Shown: piece by piece, positions 36,701 to 50,500 of the stretch
Numbering within the stretch: the first letter of the stretch is position 1
How the letters are laid out: each line of letters begins with the position of its first letter
Assembly: GCA_004764695.1 (NCBI GenBank)
Contig: SMSO01000031.1
Coordinates: forward strand, 4,564,436-4,628,435
Direction of reading: 5' to 3'
DNA: 64,000 nucleotides
Origin: Schizochytrium sp. TIO01
Lineage: Eukaryota; Protista; Bigyra: Labyrinthulomycetes
The notes under the pieces: model-generated
What the model saw: the letters and a program-made list of their open reading frames with translations, nothing else
Told to the model about the DNA's origin: nothing
Database searches by the model: none
Made by a program: the position numbers and the translations under genes

Positions 36701-38464
36701 AATATTGCAAACGTTCTTTTTCTTTTTATTCTCTCGGGGAAACTATCACCTCTACTTACTTATAGAAAGAAAGTGGACTTTTCATTCATTCTATCACACA
36801 CTATACGCAAGTTTGTACCTACTAGTACTGGAACTTTGAGTGAAAGAAAGCTTGAAGACGAGATAAAAATGGAATATTGTAAGTAAAACAAATAAAAGGG
36901 CGGAGAAACCAGACCATCTTGAAAAAAGCTGGTGACTTATTCCCCAAACTTTCAAAAGTAGCTTGGGATCATACTCTAGAGAGTAGTTTGTGAAGAATGA
37001 AAGTAATTTTCATCGCTTGGAACCTGTGAAGAGTCCGCTTTGCGCTCCTCCAAAGTCCTCGCACTCAGTTTCTCTATCATGCCAGCGATGTGAGACTGCT
37101 TTGCAGAGGGCGATCTCAGATCTATCCTCCTAGACTGTGGAGAGTACCTCACACCAGCTTAGTCCACATTCATTGGCCCCGCGAAAGCTGCTGGTGCCAT
37201 GGTGGGAGCGAGCGACCGCGTTCTTGCTTTCACACTATTGTTACTAAGAGCGTTATGTTCTGCCGCACTTTTAATGTTATGAGTTATTTTTTAAATTAAT
37301 TAATTTAAAAACATAATATAATAATAATTGCAACAATAACAATAAACATGAAAAGCTCGATAAAATTTAGTTGTGACGCTATTTTATTTTAAATTGATTT
37401 AAATAAAAATGTTTTTCAAATTTAAAAATGTTCTCCAAAAGTCGTGCTTTCAACTCTAAAATTGTCACGAGTTAAAAAAACTTGGATAAATAAATAGAAC
37501 AACAACACTTTGAAAAACACAAACTAGATACTAGTACGTTCTAGTATTTGATTTTGTAATACTGGCCCCTCTTATTTATTTATTTTCTTTAGCAACGATG
37601 TCAAGAGCGTAGCTAGCTAGCTAGTAGCTAACTAGTGAGCCCCTAGATGATGCGAAAAGGCGTCTTTCTTTCTCCAAACTAGGGTGTAAGAGCACACTGC
37701 CATAGCACGAATAAATCACAATGCCAAATCGAGAACGAAAGCTTAGAAACCATTGGCATGGTATCCATGACAGGCCGTGCTGATTGATGCTCCCTGAAGT
37801 CTCGATGATAATTACGAGCATGCCAGATGAAACCGTGCACGATTCCGAGGAGATCCTACCCCGGAGCCTGCTTCCAGCACATTAACCATCTCGAAGACAA
37901 TCCAAGATTTGAAGAGAGCCTTTGTGGTGAACTTCTTCGGGTGATCCTGAAGTCGAATGTTGAAAGTTGAAAGCTGAGGTGCCTCAATGCCTCTCTTTGG
38001 CAGTTTCGAAACCCCTTCTTGGTCAGTTGTGCCCAGGTTTCAAAGCGGACAAGATTGACTAGCTTTGTTTCGCTTCGAAATTGCACTTCGACTTTCAAGT
38101 AAAACCTAGCTTGGCAGTAGATCCTGGCCGATCCCCTCTTCAGATTGCTCAGAAGAAGTCCTTCGGGTTTAGAGGTCCTCCAGGTTTGACATAATTTCGA
38201 AGCCGTCCCATCCATTTTCGAGGTGCGTCAAATCTTGAGGTGTGCTCTCTCGACCATCCCGTGGAGCTCAAGGCATGCGAGTCGGGTGTCCCTAAGACGT
38301 GACACAGGTCGAGGCGACCGAAAGAGCTGTCCTGAAGCCGACGGGGAGCAGGCTTTTTCGTCTCTATCGACGGCCTTACAGTGTTTGCATCGTACGAGAA
38401 GAGGACCACGCCGAACAAGAGACCTTTCGAAAGCTTCCGCCGCCGAGTTGACTCTGAATCGTTT

Positions 38465-38881
38465 AACTAACCAACCAACTAACTAACTAACTGACTGACT
38501 TACTAACTAACTAACCGCGGCGACCACTTCAATGCATGCAGTTACTATGGAAAAGGGGAGGAAATCAATCCTTAGAGAGCGCAAACTTTCGGTCGATCGA
38601 TCGATTGATGGATGGATTGAATGATTGATTGATTGATGGATGGATTGAATGATTGATTGATTGATTGATTGATTGAAGGAAACGACAGAAGGCTGCCATC
38701 AGTGAGTTCTTTTCCAAGGCCGTAGAGAGCGAGTGATTGGTCGCTTTGACGCTTCTTTGCACTCGGTTTCCAAGCTTGTGCTAGCTAGTACTCATTGAGT
38801 GCTCGCTTGAGGAATTCGGTTGAAAAGAACTAACTACCCAGAAAGGAAGGAAGGAAGGAAGGAAGGAAGGAAGGAAGGAAG
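38465..38881. repeat. Microsatellite cluster (AACT)n, (GATT/GATG)n, (GAAG)n
   Basis: Runs at ~38465-38514, 38596-38674 and 38843-38881. Confidence 0.92.
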
Positions 38882-41800
38882 TGGTTTCTTTCAACGCGCG
38901 TTTCAGGCAGAGCTGAAGAGTCCCGGCAGCTTTGCGCTTAGTGTGGAAAAGAAGAGACTTCGGGATAGCAGGTACGTAGCGCTTCTTCGGCAATCAGTGA
39001 TGGGTTAGTTTTCCGCTGCGAACAAACTTTCGCGGGCCCACTTGAGGTGCGAACTCTGCCTCTGGCGAACGAACCTCTGCTCTTACATCTTAAAAAGAAA
39101 AGAAAAGAAAAGAGAAGAAGAAAGACTATCTGATACTATGATTGAAAATATTAGATAACACAGAGTTCTCTGTATGTTTAAAAATGTTTATTCATTTCCT
39201 TGAATACATGTTTTCTTTATCTTTCCCCCGCACCTTTTTATTATTTTTATAAATAAATAAAATTAAACAAGTTAAAATATTTTTTAATTAATTAAAAAGG
39301 TTAAAGCTTAAAGAAATATATATTAAAACCTACCTCAACATATAGTTGAATAGTATGGCGGTCTTGCTATAGACAGGTTTGCGTATCAATGCTATGACTG
39401 GGATTATTGAAAAGAGAAAGCGCGGTAGTGCTCTGTGCGAAAGGAGATGCTGGAAGCAGGCGAGCAGCAACGCGTGCTTAGCTTCTTCATATTAACAAAT
39501 GTTGATGTCGAAGGAAGTCAAAGAGAGGATACCTCCAGAAAAGCTTCAAGGATGTGTCAAAGAAACAGAGCTAGGAAATCTACGCCCCTACCATACAGAA
39601 GAGAGTCACATCAGTATCAAAGTACATCCTCACTAATCGAAATTCCGTCGATCCTTCTGCTTGGTTAAAAATCTTAGTCAAAGCAAATCACTCATAGGTG
39701 CCATCATCGTTGTATCGGCACATGAAACTAGGATGAATGAATATTTCACCAGCTAGAAAAGAGAATCTCGAGAAATCTCGAACTAAATGGTCTTCTCCCT
39801 CGCGCAATCCAAGATACCAGTTCCTTCGAGCCTTAAATCCAGAGGCCTCTATTCTGTTCGGCGCAAGATGGCCAATTGTCGAATTCTGCAAACGAAGGTA
39901 GCGGCTTAGAAGGCAGCATTGAACCCTGCAGTAGCTTTCATGAAACTCTTCGAATGAACCTCCTAACTCCGCGACGCCTCTTACTGCACGCCTGAAAACT
40001 CTCTAGCTAGAGAGAGAAAATCTGAATACCTGACTACGTGCGGAGATATTATCAGAGGGTGGGTGCGTGTTTGCTTGCTTGCTTGCTTACAAATGGAACG
40101 AAGTAAACGTGTTTGGCAGCGGAAGCTCTGAGCACTGAGTCTCCGAAAGCATGCTCTGTTCAGCTCTTACAGCCTCACGCTGCAGAGAAAGGTCTGTCGA
40201 GCACACAAAGCGATGGCTCCAGGTACCTTGGCAACGAAGAATAGGCCCTCAAAATGGCAGCCTCTATCCAGTTTTGCGTTGCGTAGTGGTGTTAAATAAT
40301 CGACCTCTTGGAATCGTGACTTTAAAAGATGTATGAAGTCTGAGAGTCTGAGGTTACGAGGAGCCCACATCATGATGTCGTGATGTAGTTATGTATATGA
40401 AAGGTATTCAAAGTCTGCACAGCGTATAGGCTGGCTGCCAGCAAATTGATGATTAGTAGCCAGATCTCGCGATGCTTACAATGCTCCTGCTCAGTCACTC
40501 GTAATGCTCGGGTAACTTTTCTCCAGCTTCGTTCGAGCAATCGAGCCTTGAAGAGGTTGATGATACTTAGACTGATACTTGCAATAAGAAAGAATGCCAA
40601 CAAGGATAAGAAGAAAATGTTGCCAAGTAGCAGAGCGCAGATATTTGTAGTACGATGAGCTTTGGACTCTTCGAAGTTTACCTCTTGAAAGTTTTCTTTA
40701 GAAAACGAGTGTATGAGAGAAAACAAACATGAACGCTTTTTTTCATTCGAAATACGTAGCAGCTTCTAAATTGACTAAGCACAAGAAGCTAAAGGATTTC
40801 CTTGATAGCCTTTACCAACCGCAATCGAGCTTTAGGAATGCATTTATATCTCGAGCTGAGCATCATTGTTGTCTTTTAAGGCATGAATTCTGAGGTTGAA
40901 ATTGAGGATATTTTCAAGACAAAATGATGGAGATACACACGGGAAACAAAGCTTTATTCGTTCAAGAATATGTAAGGCCTGTTTTGAGAACAAACTTATA
41001 AGGTTCTGTATTCGATATTTCGTTGCTTGCAGGGTGCCGGCTTGGTCTCCTCTCCTTCCCCCTTGGAATCCAGTATTACAAGAACATCGATGTTCGCCGT
41101 AGACACTCGACTAAGATATATATATATTATGTTGAGCATGAGCAAGAGAGAAAGTTTTATAGAAAGTTGAAGCAAGCGTCGGTTTGCTTAATGTCTTGAG
41201 CATAAAGCGTGGTTCGCTTATCTAGAGAGGTACAACGCCGCATTTTGCAAAATCTTTCAGGAAGGGTCCTTACAGAAGGTGACTGTGTACTGTGACATGC
41301 CATGCTCAGCGGCTCGCAGCTAGTCATTGCCAAGAAGTATTGACAGCGCCCAGACCGAAGTCTTGAGCATTAAAAAAACATTAACTGCAATGTTATCTTT
41401 GAGAATGTTGACCTGTTCATCAGCTCAGGCGACGCTGACAACGACTACTGTGACCAAGATGTCCGGTCTCTTCACGTGACGATTCTGGCAATGGATCTGC
41501 GAGGACACTATCCTCGATGTCAATATTTGTTTAAGCCTGTTAGCATCTTTATCGATGGAACTGCACGAAAATCTTCACGACGTAATTGCCATGTTTACAA
41601 CAATCCAAAACCCTTGTGGAGTAGTCGACCAAATGGCAAATGTCACGACACTCAGCCGATAAACACGAATTGGAGATTCTCAAGACGCTCAGTTTGATGC
41701 AAACAGAATTACGCTGCGAACGCATACACACGAAGTCCGAGTGTATAGGGTACAGCTTGTCAGCGGTTTGTTTCTCTAAACTGGGAAGCACATATGTTGG

Positions 41801-42302
41801 GACGATATCATTGCCATGATGTATGATGATGGTAAAAAGTCTGGGTGCTTCGAAAACTTACTCAAGCTCAGAATTGCGTATGTTGACATGTTTCCACGAA
41901 AATCTCCAAATTACTGATCTTGGCCGTACCAGCAAAGGCGCAGATGGCCCGGAAGCTCTCAGGTTTTATAAATAAAAACCTTAAACTAGAAAAGGGTGAC
42001 TAGATATGCTACCAATATCATGATTTTTCAAACCTCATAAAAAAACAAAAACATTTTAACCTTTTAAATTAATATGAATTAAAACATTTTAAAAAAGGAG
42101 GGGAAAGAGAGAGAGGATACGAAGAAGAAAAGGAAAAAGAAATTTGAGATTCGAGGCCTAAGTAAGAGTAGGTACCTGACCTTTATGCAGTTTAGTTACG
42201 CTTTTTTTTAATAAATGAAATGAAATGTGGGAACCCGCAATAGTGGCCAAAGTTCCCTGAGGGCGAAGACAGTGGTTGATCAATGGGCGAAGACAGCGAC
42301 CA

Positions 42303-42704
<402 letters not shown>

Positions 42705-42747
42705 CCGCAAGCCGCTTCAAGTTTGACCCGTTTTCTCACGATCTCTA

Positions 42748-42810
42748 CAGACAGACAGACAGACAGCCAAGCCAAGCAAACCAAAGCAAACCAAAGCAAA
42801 CCAAAGCAAA
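42748..42810. repeat. (CAGA)n followed by (CCAAAGCAAA)n short tandem repeats
   Basis: Seen directly, just downstream of the long AATC run. Confidence 0.85.
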
Positions 42811-45481
42811 GCGAAGAATAACTCACCAACTTCAACCCACTACAGCGGCAACAAATCGTGCCAGCGGATTATCGTAACGCTTGGGTCAACTGCGGACCCA
42901 CAAACGTTAAAGAGAGATCGCCAGTTCAACTTCGATGAAAGATAGTCAGAGCGACACAGAGAGAGAGAGAGAGAGACCCACCGGTCAGCCAAGTAGCGGC
43001 TAGCTAACGAGCAGGTTAGAACTGAGGGAAGGATCAACCTCTAGCTCACTAGCTCACTCTCTAACTCACTCACTCGATCACATATTCACGAGATACTTAC
43101 TACCGGGTAGGACTGCGTTCGCGTGAAAGTTTGGGAGGCGAGGAGCTAGAAACCACCTGTTCGGTGTATCAGGTCAGTCGCCCAAGTTGCCTTTTGCAGC
43201 TCCTTTGACGACCTCGTCGCTGGCTATTATGCTGCAGCCGTGAGGATAGTTGCACGGAGAAGAGAAAAGCACCAATGGTGGTGATGGATGTTCTCGAGGT
43301 CCCCAGTCTGAACCTGTGGACCGTCATCCACGTCGGCGAAGTTTCATTTTCGATTTCGATGAAATTAAAAAAAAGTTTTCTGTTTTCTCTAGAGCACTAC
43401 GGCTGGGGCAAGAAGAAAAAGGAAAAGCGGCATCGAGGCATTGGACAACTAGTTTTGCGAAAAGAACGTACTGAGCATTGCCTGTGACACAAACCGAAAG
43501 CGCTAGGTGCTACCCTTTACTTTTATACTAGATCCAACAGTACTATTAAAAACTAGGGAGGTGCCATTATAAAGCTACCTAGTTGGTACCGCAGTGGAGA
43601 AAAGAAAGATTTTTATTTTATTTTAAAATAATAAAAATTAAATTGTGAATGGTGTATTTAAATAATAAAAATAAAATTATAATTATAAAGAAAGAAAGAA
43701 AAAAACTTATTCATATATAAAGTCCTGTATGTTGTTTTTAAAAGTAAAGTTCTTCTTCGCTTCTTTACTTTATTTAACAGTTTCCCCGGTACTTGAGGTA
43801 TTTCCGAGCCAGGTCGGAGTGGAGTGGACTAGTGCGGCAGAGCCTGGGTTTTGGTTGCGCTTGTCGCTTAACCTTCACACCACCTGATATATACAATATG
43901 ATGAAAACATGGAGCGCTTATGTTATCGCGCCGGTGTATTCCGACGCGTGGAGGGACCTCCATGGATATTGGCAAACGAAGAGCAAAGACGCACAAGCCC
44001 CTATACACCAAGGCTTCTTTCTGCGAAGGCAGCCGAAAAGATAATTACAAGTAAAAGCGCTGCTACCTAAGAGTGGTTAGGTAGGTAGGTATTCATCAAC
44101 TGAGTGGAAAGGCTGCTTTTCTAACTATAGTATGTTAGTCTCTGTGTTCAATTTCGCAGCGAAAGGACTTCAAAGTTTCTTGTTTGCTTTTTTCCCTCCA
44201 ACGTAGCAGCGTCAATTTGTTTGTTTAACTCGGTTCTTCTGGGTACAACGCCTAGTCCTCCTCTAGCTTTCTCCCTAAGTGGCGCCTAGGACGCAACTTG
44301 AGATGGTCTTGTAACTTTCTTTCCTCTTCTCTATAATCTAAGAAGAAGCAGGAAGGCACTAAGGAGGTAGTAGCACTGCCTACCTCAGCAGAAAGCAAAG
44401 AAAGCACTCAAAGTCTTTGATTCGATCGCTGTGCAGTCTGCGCATCTTTGACACGAATTGGAGTTCACGGTTCTGCTGAGGCGGTCGAAGCTTGGGGACA
44501 GTTCAACAAAAGGAAGAGGAGAGAAGAGAAGAGAGCCTCAGCAATCCGTTCATCGTCTCCGCCCTACTGCTTTGCGCTGCTGTGCTGTAATATTCGGGCT
44601 CTGCGAAGGTTGCCTGCCATGGCTCCCTCCTAAGCCCCAGCTCAAGCCTTGCCTTCGCCAGGATACTCTCAGCGCGTGAAGCGGACTGTGAGTGAGTGAG
44701 TGAGTGAGTGACAACGCTTGGGTTTGCAAGCCAACTTGAAGGGACCGCACGATTCTATCAATCAAATCGAGCTCTGTATCTGCGCCGCCTGTCGAATGCG
44801 GCCTCTTCTTATCTATCGAGCTGGCGATTTAGGACTACTTGTACGAAATGCCTGTGAAAGCAAACTGTACCTGTGTAAGCAGCAGGCAGCAGGGAGTCCT
44901 AGCCAGCCAGCTACAGCTGTGGCTATGGAAGGCGGGGTGGGGACCCCGAAGTTACAGCCAAATGTAGAAACGAGCAGATCTACGAATGAAGTTTGTTGGA
45001 CTTTAGGACTTTAGGACTTTAGGACTTTCTTTCTTTATTTCTATCAGTCGCTTGGCAAACACGCGAGCGGCGTGGAAACTAACTGTACATGGCCAGCCAC
45101 TGCAGAGTCCACCGAGATCACATCTCGCAGGCCAGCCAGGGAAGGCACCATCCATCCATCCATCCATCGATCCGTCGATCGAAGGTGGACGAAAGCTTGG
45201 ATTTTGGCTTCGAGGAGAGAAAAATCTCATGGGCGCTCTGAGATTTGCGAGTTGTGCCTCCGCGTTCTAATTGACCTGTTAGTTCTTCTTTGCATCGACT
45301 TTAGCCCCTCTATGAGGAGGGTAGCACTCACTATGGCTGTTTCTCTCATCTCGTCGGATTCTTTTTCGCACTGTTTCTCACTTCTCGTTCCCACTCGCAC
45401 TACATATACAGTCTTTGAGTTATTTATTTGTCGGCCGAATCGCCCTCAAAAATCTTCGGCGTATCATGCATTGGAGCGGAT

Positions 45482-45531
45482 TTGATTGATTGATTGATTG
45501 ATGGATTGATTGATTGATGGATTGATTGATT
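45482..45531. repeat. (TTGA)n imperfect microsatellite
   Basis: Seen directly; same repeat class as 42303-42704 on the opposite strand. Confidence 0.9.
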
Positions 45532-46816
45532 GTGCTTTCGAGAGAAGATGCTGCTTTCGGGCTGGGCTAGTAGACCAGTAGGTTTATCAGTTTACATGAA
45601 CATGCGGAAAGAGGCAGATTGTTATGTTCTTGTCGAGTGGGTGGTTGCGTTGGGCGAAGTGATACAAGTTTACGAGATCTGTAGTGGCGGCAAGAGGTTT
45701 GAGAACTGTAGTAAGTAGTACCTACTTAGGAGAAGCGCGAGCACACAAGACAGTTCTTCACTGATTTAATTTAAAAACAAAACAAAAAACATGAAATGCT
45801 TCTTTTAGTACCCAAGCTCACTATTTTCAATTTCAATTTAAACAAATATATATATTTAATTTAAAAAATAAATTAAAAAACACAGAGGAATAGTGTGGTT
45901 TCTCCGAAAGCGAGATCAGCTAATGTTTTGTTTCTAGCTTCTGTTGATTTCTCTAAAGCAAGCTGGTTGTGAATGAAGAACTCGCCCCTTTCTGCGCCTA
46001 GGAACCCGCTCGTGCCAAGTTGCCGGGGTGGAGAGATAATGAGAACGAAGTTAAAATGCTGAAGCTGGTGCTGTCAGCCTTAGTCTGGAAGAGGAAGAGC
46101 TCTTGAGGAACTCGGAAAAACTAACTCTTATTTATCCATTCACTCATTCGAATCAGTCAATCAATCAATTAACATAATCAATCGATAATCGATGAATAAC
46201 AGCAAGAAGGGGAAAGGAAGGAAAAGTAGTTCCTACATGTGTGATTTGAATTGCTTTTTGTAGATAGAAGAAAGTTGAAAGTTAGGAACAGCGCTCGAAA
46301 AGAGCTAATATAGGTTTCACAAAGATATACGTCAGGTACTCCAGCCTGAAAAGAGACGGAGGAAACCACAACGAACAATCGCCAAACGTGACTTAATATG
46401 GAAATAAGTCCAACACAAACAAACAGGCGCTGCTTCTTTACTCGTCGGCTTGGCATCGGAACAATTACCTTTTTATTTAATTTGAAAAAGTAAAGCTTTC
46501 CAATTACAAAAGAAAACTTGAAGAAAAAGGTAGATCATTAAAGTATTAGTTTAAAGAAGAAGAAGAAGAAGAAAAAAGTTGGAGGTAAGGTTAGTAAGCA
46601 AATAAATGAGTTTGGCAGAGTGTTTTGTTTTATTCTATTTTATTTTGAATTGTCAATATCTCTTATATGTATGTACAATCACGTTTTAATTTTGAATAAA
46701 AGTGTAGGAGGGAAAAGTTTTTTTCTTTTTTTCTTTTTTTCTTTCTTTAAAAGTTCTTTGACATGAAAGCATAAACATTGAAAGAGAGTACTTAGTACTG
46801 ATCAATTAACAGGGAG

Positions 46817-46818
46817 GA

Positions 46819-46866
<48 letters not shown>

Positions 46867-46868
46867 AA
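46817..46868. repeat. (GAAA)n microsatellite at the edge of a GC-rich promoter-like block
   Basis: Seen directly, about 690 bp upstream of the ATG at 47556. Confidence 0.95.
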
Positions 46869-47555
46869 AGAAAGGGAAGGGAAGGAAAGTAACAGGCAGG
46901 CAGGCAATCACCAGCACCGGGCCGCGCGCGGCAGAGGACGCAGCGGAGCGGTCGTCAGCTCGATAGAGCGGCACTCAGAGGCAGCGGGAACCTTGCGGAG
47001 GGACTCTGCTGCGGAGCCAGTGAACCAGCGAGCGCTGGGCGCTCCAAGAGGCGTGTGCCTACTCTCTTTTAGTCATTCATTCGCTCATTCACCTCTCCTC
47101 ATCCTTTTCCTCGCTCTTGTCTCTGTGACGCCTCACCAGACCGCGGAGACTTACAGCGTACGCTTGGGCGAATTCTGCTAGGGCGCCTGGGCCTGCACGG
47201 GCCCTCACTGCCCCCGTGGCCTCGCTCTTGGTCTGAGGGAAGTGGGGTCTCCACTGTATTACTTCTCGTGTCAAAAAGGGTCTCTTTTCCTCTTCTTTGC
47301 TTTCTTTCTTTGTGTATCACTACTCTGTACAGAACGAAACCCGAAGACTTAAGAATTAAAGCCTTTCGCACGAACGCAGACCCAAACAACTGTCTTTGCA
47401 CACTCGTCAAGCTAGCGTGGCACTTCTGGGCTTGAAGAAGACCTACTTCGAGTTTAGTTGGGGGAATTCTTTTCCAGATTGAGAAAGGAGAAGATCATTT
47501 TATTAAGCCTCGCTCATTAGATCTTCGTCGTTGGGAGGTTGTTCTGATTGCAGAA

Positions 47556-50500
47556 ATGCAGCATCAGCAGCAGATGGTGAAAAATGAGGCAGGAGCCTGC
47601 TCGGTAGTGCCGGGGACATCAGTGGACTCAATCATCAAAGATTCGAATCTGGAGTTTTGCTTTGACGGAAAATTTAATACTTCGTACCAGCGTAACAATA
47701 AGACTGGAGGCAAGAAGCACCTGCGGTGTTTTCCGTGCTGTGGACCTGATCACAAGAGCTCACGAGCCTGCGAAGTTGCACTTCGCGTTCGTTTCGCCAA
47801 CCCGAACATCTCGCCGCAATCCGACCGCATGTATATTGCTCTTGCTCGTTTCTTGCCCCTTAATGAAGATGGAAAAACTGTCTGCGAAGAAGACCTCACT
47901 GATCGCCTCGGCGACATTGAACTTGGCGCAGATATTACCACAGAACGGATTGCACAATTCGAACGTTCGCCCGATGCCCCCTTTGAACCATTGTACAGTG
48001 CTAAGTTGGTCCAATTCTCCCCCTCTAGTGTACTTTTTGAGTTCAGGGAGCGCGCCTGGCACTATGGCTGGAAAGGCGGCCGCTACAAACAGAGCACAGA
48101 ACATCTTTTGCGCGTCTATGTGCTTGAGGGTTCTATGTCTATGATTAAAAACGGAAAGCTAAATGTCGCATCAAACGAACCCTTGCGTTGCATTGCGAAA
48201 TTGTCGTCTCCTTCGTTCACCGTGTATTCAAGTCGTAGCGCACCCTCAAAGACCGGCAAACAGAAGGAAGCCTTACCTAGCCAGTCACAAGGGATGCATG
48301 GCGGCCCTCAGCAGCACTTCAACACAGCTATCCCTCGCCACGACTCTCATTCCCTTCTTACATCTGCCTCAAGACCTCTGGATGCTTCCTCTATGTCGTA
48401 TCATAACTTTCACCCGGGCCGTGAACAGCCCACAGGGGAACCCAGCGGCTTCTTTGGGTTTGAGGCCAACACTCCTCTGCATCATGCATCCTCCAACGAT
48501 TTCAATATGATGATGTCCAACATGGACCCGCTTCAGCCTACAGAATTTGATACTTTCTACTCCCAACCACAGCTCCCGGACGACCTCGATGTAATCAAGC
48601 GAAGGAGAAAGGCAGACACCTTTGAGTCCACTAATGAAACAGGTTCTGATGGCACCTCTACTGTCCCCTCCTCTAACATGCGCGACCATACTGCGGATTA
48701 CTCATCCTCTTCGCCGTTTGATTCGCCCGACTCTGAGGTTGAGATGTCAGACCACTCGCATGCTTACTCTTATAACAATGATGATCACGTTATTCCTCGT
48801 TCGATGGACTTGAACGAAAAACAAATGGCCAATGTTGACTACTTCCAGTTTAATGGTCAAGCCAACGATTCAGCTCCCATGCCTTCTTCGGCTGCATTTG
48901 GCAGTGCCATCAGACCTAATGATGTAAATATCAAGTCAGAGCCAGGTGTGCAGCATGGATATAATATTCAATCGCAACATGATCATCAATTTCAGCAGCA
49001 GCAACAGCAAGCAGCAGCAGGACACGAAGCTGTGTACACCCCTTTGCACACTCGACCTGAGGCATATTTTGTTCCCGCTGTAGACCCGCCAGCTGCTTCC
49101 GTGTACAAGATGACCAACAATAACAATAACACCAACAGTCAGCATCCGCCGTGCCCAACTGATGACTTTGTAACCAGCAACGGGGCCGAGGTTTCTGATG
49201 ATATATTTTCCCTCTTTATACCCCTCGAGGGAGACGAAGTTGTCGAAGAACCGCGCAACCGAAAACGGAACAACCCCGCCAATGCTGTTTTGCAGAGCTC
49301 TGCTCGACCTTTCCACCGCCACACCTCCAATGGGAGCGCACACGCCATCCTGGCTTCCGTCAATGGCTCCAATAAGTCACTGGGATTGTCCTCTGTGGAC
49401 GGCTCCGCAATCTTGGATAGCTTTGACGGTCTCGATTCCCTTCTCACAAGAGATATCACTATGCTGGATGGTAATGACGGCGTAATGCCATATCCCGACA
49501 TGACACACCACAAAGATGTGTCCAACATGCCAATCCTCTCCTCTGAAGACCTTCACGAAACGGACTACATTATGCAGCGCATGGCCCCGAGTATCATGTT
49601 GCACACGCCTCTCACAAAGGCCGCCCCGAAAATAGCACCAAACACAGCGGAATCCCTCACAAAGGCCGTGGACCTGAAGCCCAGGACTGAGACCCCAAAG
49701 AAAACTCAATCTGAAGAGGAAGAAGAGGAGGAAGAAGACAAGGATGCGGAGTGTGACAGCAAGGTTGTGCAACATCCCTTGTTAGATGTAAATGATGAAG
49801 AACCTGATCAGGAAAATCCGAGCGTGCAAGATGGAAACCGTAGTGTTGATGAGGAGAAGTCTGTCAATTCAGCACGAGGAGGAGATTCTTCTGATGGAGA
49901 TTCTTCCTCTAATGATGGTAGCGACGATGATGAGGGCGCGTGGCGGGCAGAAGCTAACATGGTGGAGGTGAAGCGTGTTCAGATAGAACAGGACGCACGC
50001 ACAGGCGCACTTCCGTTTCCGTCTGCTCCTTCATCATTGCATGTCGAACCTGAGACTGGCCAAGAGTCGGTGCGACTTCACCCGCGTAAGTCCTCGGAAG
50101 AAGAATCCCCGTCGCATACTGTTTCTATCCGACAAACTTCATCTGGAGCAGTCCAAGAGCCACACCACCTTGATGGCATTCCACAAGCCCGGGTCATCTT
50201 AGAGGGAGACGCTGACGACCATGAATCTCACCACTCTCACCGAACAATAGCGGAGCTGACTTATCACATCAAGATCCTCTTCATCAGGTTATGGCAGGAG
50301 AATCCCTTTTTTCTTCTTGCAATTGCGTTTGGTATCGTGATGACCTTTATGTTTATTGGCAGTGCTCTGGTTCACATTCCAATGGAGCCCAAAGATATCC
50401 CTCGCGATTGTGAGCAATACCTGTACGATACCGAGATCGACCCGTACGCGCAGTCTAATAATAACCTTTTCCGAAGTGCAACTGTTGCTGGCGGGGTTTC

